Source of the DNA: a virus
Lineage: Duplodnaviria; Caudoviricetes
Length of the DNA stretch: 26,807 bases
IMG/VR virus record: IMGVR_UViG_3300012952_000107
Location: 1-26,807 of that record
Direction: 5' to 3' (one strand)
Shown: positions 25,413-26,807 of the stretch, piece after piece
Numbering within the stretch: position 1 is the stretch's first letter
Layout: each line of letters opens with the position of its first letter
The notes under the pieces: model-generated
The model's input: the letters and a program-made list of their open reading frames with translations, nothing else
Databases searched by the model: none
Told to the model about the DNA's origin: nothing
Program-made: the position numbers and the translations under genes

Positions 25413-26084
25413 ATGGCAATACCAACAGCAAATTATGGAATATCAACATATAGAACGGACACTGGTTCTGACTTAATCGTTGAAAGTGTTATAGGAGATG
25501 TTAAAGTTACACTACCAGCTTTTGTAACAGAATTTTCTCAAACATTTGATTCCAACTGGAATCAAGAGGAAGTTTATGGTCGTGTTGATCCTATTGCAAC
25601 CTTCCAAGGAACCAAAAGGACGATTTCTTTATCTTTATCTCTGCCTGCTGGGAATCTCAACGAAGCGAAAAAACATTTTGAAGATTGTGGAAAGTTAACT
25701 CAAATGTTATATCCCGGATATCTCACTGTTATGACAAAAGAAAAAACAAGTTCTAGTAAAAAAACTAAAGCTAAAAAAACTAAAGCTAAAAATAATAAAA
25801 AATCGCGTCCGCCAAAAGTACTTGGAAAAGTTATTTCTAAGTCTCCATTGGTAAAAGTAAAATTTGCAAACCTTATAAAAAGCTCATCAGGAACCGGCGG
25901 CCTGTTGGGGTACTTTACTTCAGTTACATGGAATCCGCAAATAGATATGGGTTATTTTACAAGCGGTAAAGGCAATCTTTTTCCAAAAGTTATAAATATA
26001 TCTTTTAGTTTTAATGTCCTTCATCAGCATGAAGTCGGATTTTCGTCAACGGGTAAACCTTTGAATAGTAAATTTCCATTTTAA
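25413..26084 (+). CDS. Baseplate / tube-initiator-type protein
   Basis: AFVTEFSQTFDSNW..E.VYGR.DPI..FQGT.R.ISLSL and PKVINISFSFNVLH motifs, seen in contractile-tail genes that follow the tape measure gene. Confidence 0.6.
   Translation: MAIPTANYGISTYRTDTGSDLIVESVIGDVKVTLPAFVTEFSQTFDSNWNQEEVYGRVDPIATFQGTKRTISLSLSLPAGNLNEAKKHFEDCGKLTQMLYPGYLTVMTKEKTSSSKKTKAKKTKAKNNKKSRPPKVLGKVISKSPLVKVKFANLIKSSSGTGGLLGYFTSVTWNPQIDMGYFTSGKGNLFPKVINISFSFNVLHQHEVGFSSTGKPLNSKFPF
25758..25787 (+). repeat. Perfect 15-nt tandem duplication (KKTKA x2)
   Basis: AAAAAAACTAAAGCT repeated twice in frame. Confidence 0.85.
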
Positions 26085-26096
26085 TGAGGATTGTAA

Positions 26097-26429
26097 ATGT
26101 CTAGATATTTTAGAAGAAGCACGGCTATAAATTCCAATAAACAATATAAAAATATATTGGATAAAAAAGGTCGAAATCATATAGAACAATATAGAACACC
26201 GGTATTTCGACCTGTGGACGAAGAAATTATTGCTACAATTGAAATATATGATTATGTTTTTCATCCCGGCGATGCTTATTGGAAAATCTCAAACAATATT
26301 TATGGCGATCCATCTTTTTGGTGGGTTATAGCATCATTCAATAGAAAACCTACTTTAGCGCATTGTAAAGCCGGTGATATCATTCGGGTTCCTGTTGAAC
26401 TATCTATCGCTTTGGAGGCTTTAGAGTAA
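26097..26429 (+). CDS. LysM-like baseplate wedge protein (T4 gp53 / P2 gpX-like)
   Basis: MSRY...YVFHPGDAYWKISNNIYGDPSFWWVIASFN...GDIIRVP. GAGGA SD. Confidence 0.75.
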   Translation: MSRYFRRSTAINSNKQYKNILDKKGRNHIEQYRTPVFRPVDEEIIATIEIYDYVFHPGDAYWKISNNIYGDPSFWWVIASFNRKPTLAHCKAGDIIRVPVELSIALEALE

Positions 26430-26430
26430 A

Positions 26431-26807
26431 ATGCCAAAGGGGATAATAAAAAAATGGGTAAGCAAAGACGAAAGTAGGAAAGAAGATTATGGAACTGACT
26501 ATAAAGCAGCAGCAAACGCCATAACAATTCAAGAATTTTATGAGATTTATGAAGATGACTGGGGCGGCATGACCCCATGGGAATTAGATAAATGGGATAT
26601 GCATTACCTTACGACGATAGAAAAATCAGGTCGTGAAATCTACAAACCATATGATGAGCATCTTAACAAGAACATGGGTATTTATCTATTCGCTATGAAG
26701 TCAACAGAACTTGGGGCTGATTCACAGGAGCCACCATGGAAGCAGGACAGCGCAGAGACTTATAATGCATATAGAGCATGGATGAAATCACTTTGGGGTT
26801 CCCAATG
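26431..26807 (+). CDS. Hypothetical protein, 3'-truncated and absent from the supplied ORF track
   Basis: GGAGG at 26414-26418, ATG at 26431. Frame MPKGIIKKWVSKDESRKEDYG...AWMKSLWGSQ is open to the window end. Confidence 0.65.
   Translation, partial: MPKGIIKKWVSKDESRKEDYGTDYKAAANAITIQEFYEIYEDDWGGMTPWELDKWDMHYLTTIEKSGREIYKPYDEHLNKNMGIYLFAMKSTELGADSQEPPWKQDSAETYNAYRAWMKSLWGSQ

Noticed and set aside
17441-26429. Bacterial contractile injection system (eCIS, tailocin or T6SS)
   Set aside because: It is contiguous with capsid, scaffold, prohead protease and neck genes, so it is a complete phage virion module.
1-26807. tRNA or rRNA genes, introns, inteins, homing endonucleases
   Set aside because: Intergenic gaps are short and accounted for by terminators, motifs and SD sites. 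I saw no cloverleaf, intein splice motif or HNH/GIY-YIG/LAGLIDADG signature by eye.

Overview
This window is a gene-dense, AT-rich virion morphogenesis (late) region of a large T4-like tailed phage with a contractile tail, and every credible gene is on the + strand. The head part runs: small head-associated ORFs, a T4 gp21-type prohead protease, a phage-encoded ribosomal protein bS21 (rpsU), a cluster of about 7 mosaic fibre/decoration genes including a LamG-like lectin, a scaffold, the gp23-type major capsid protein and a probable decoration protein. The tail part runs: neck and tail-terminator proteins, an enlarged sheath, two tail-tube paralogs, a gp26-like/gp51-like assembly pair, a tape measure protein and baseplate genes. 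The main observations are: (1) an 8-nt motif WCTAWTTA upstream of 12 genes, often just after intrinsic terminators, a candidate non-canonical late promoter; (2) a probable programmed +1 (or -2) frameshift at GAC TTT CTT TGG, preceded by an SD-like sequence and a C(UUCG)G hairpin, that would fuse the gp26-like ORF to a start-less gp51-like ORF; (3) bS21 embedded in the head module among genes with strong SD sites; (4) a family of fibre genes shuffling shared N-terminal, internal and C-terminal modules. All family assignments come from motif recognition and gene order; no database searches were run.
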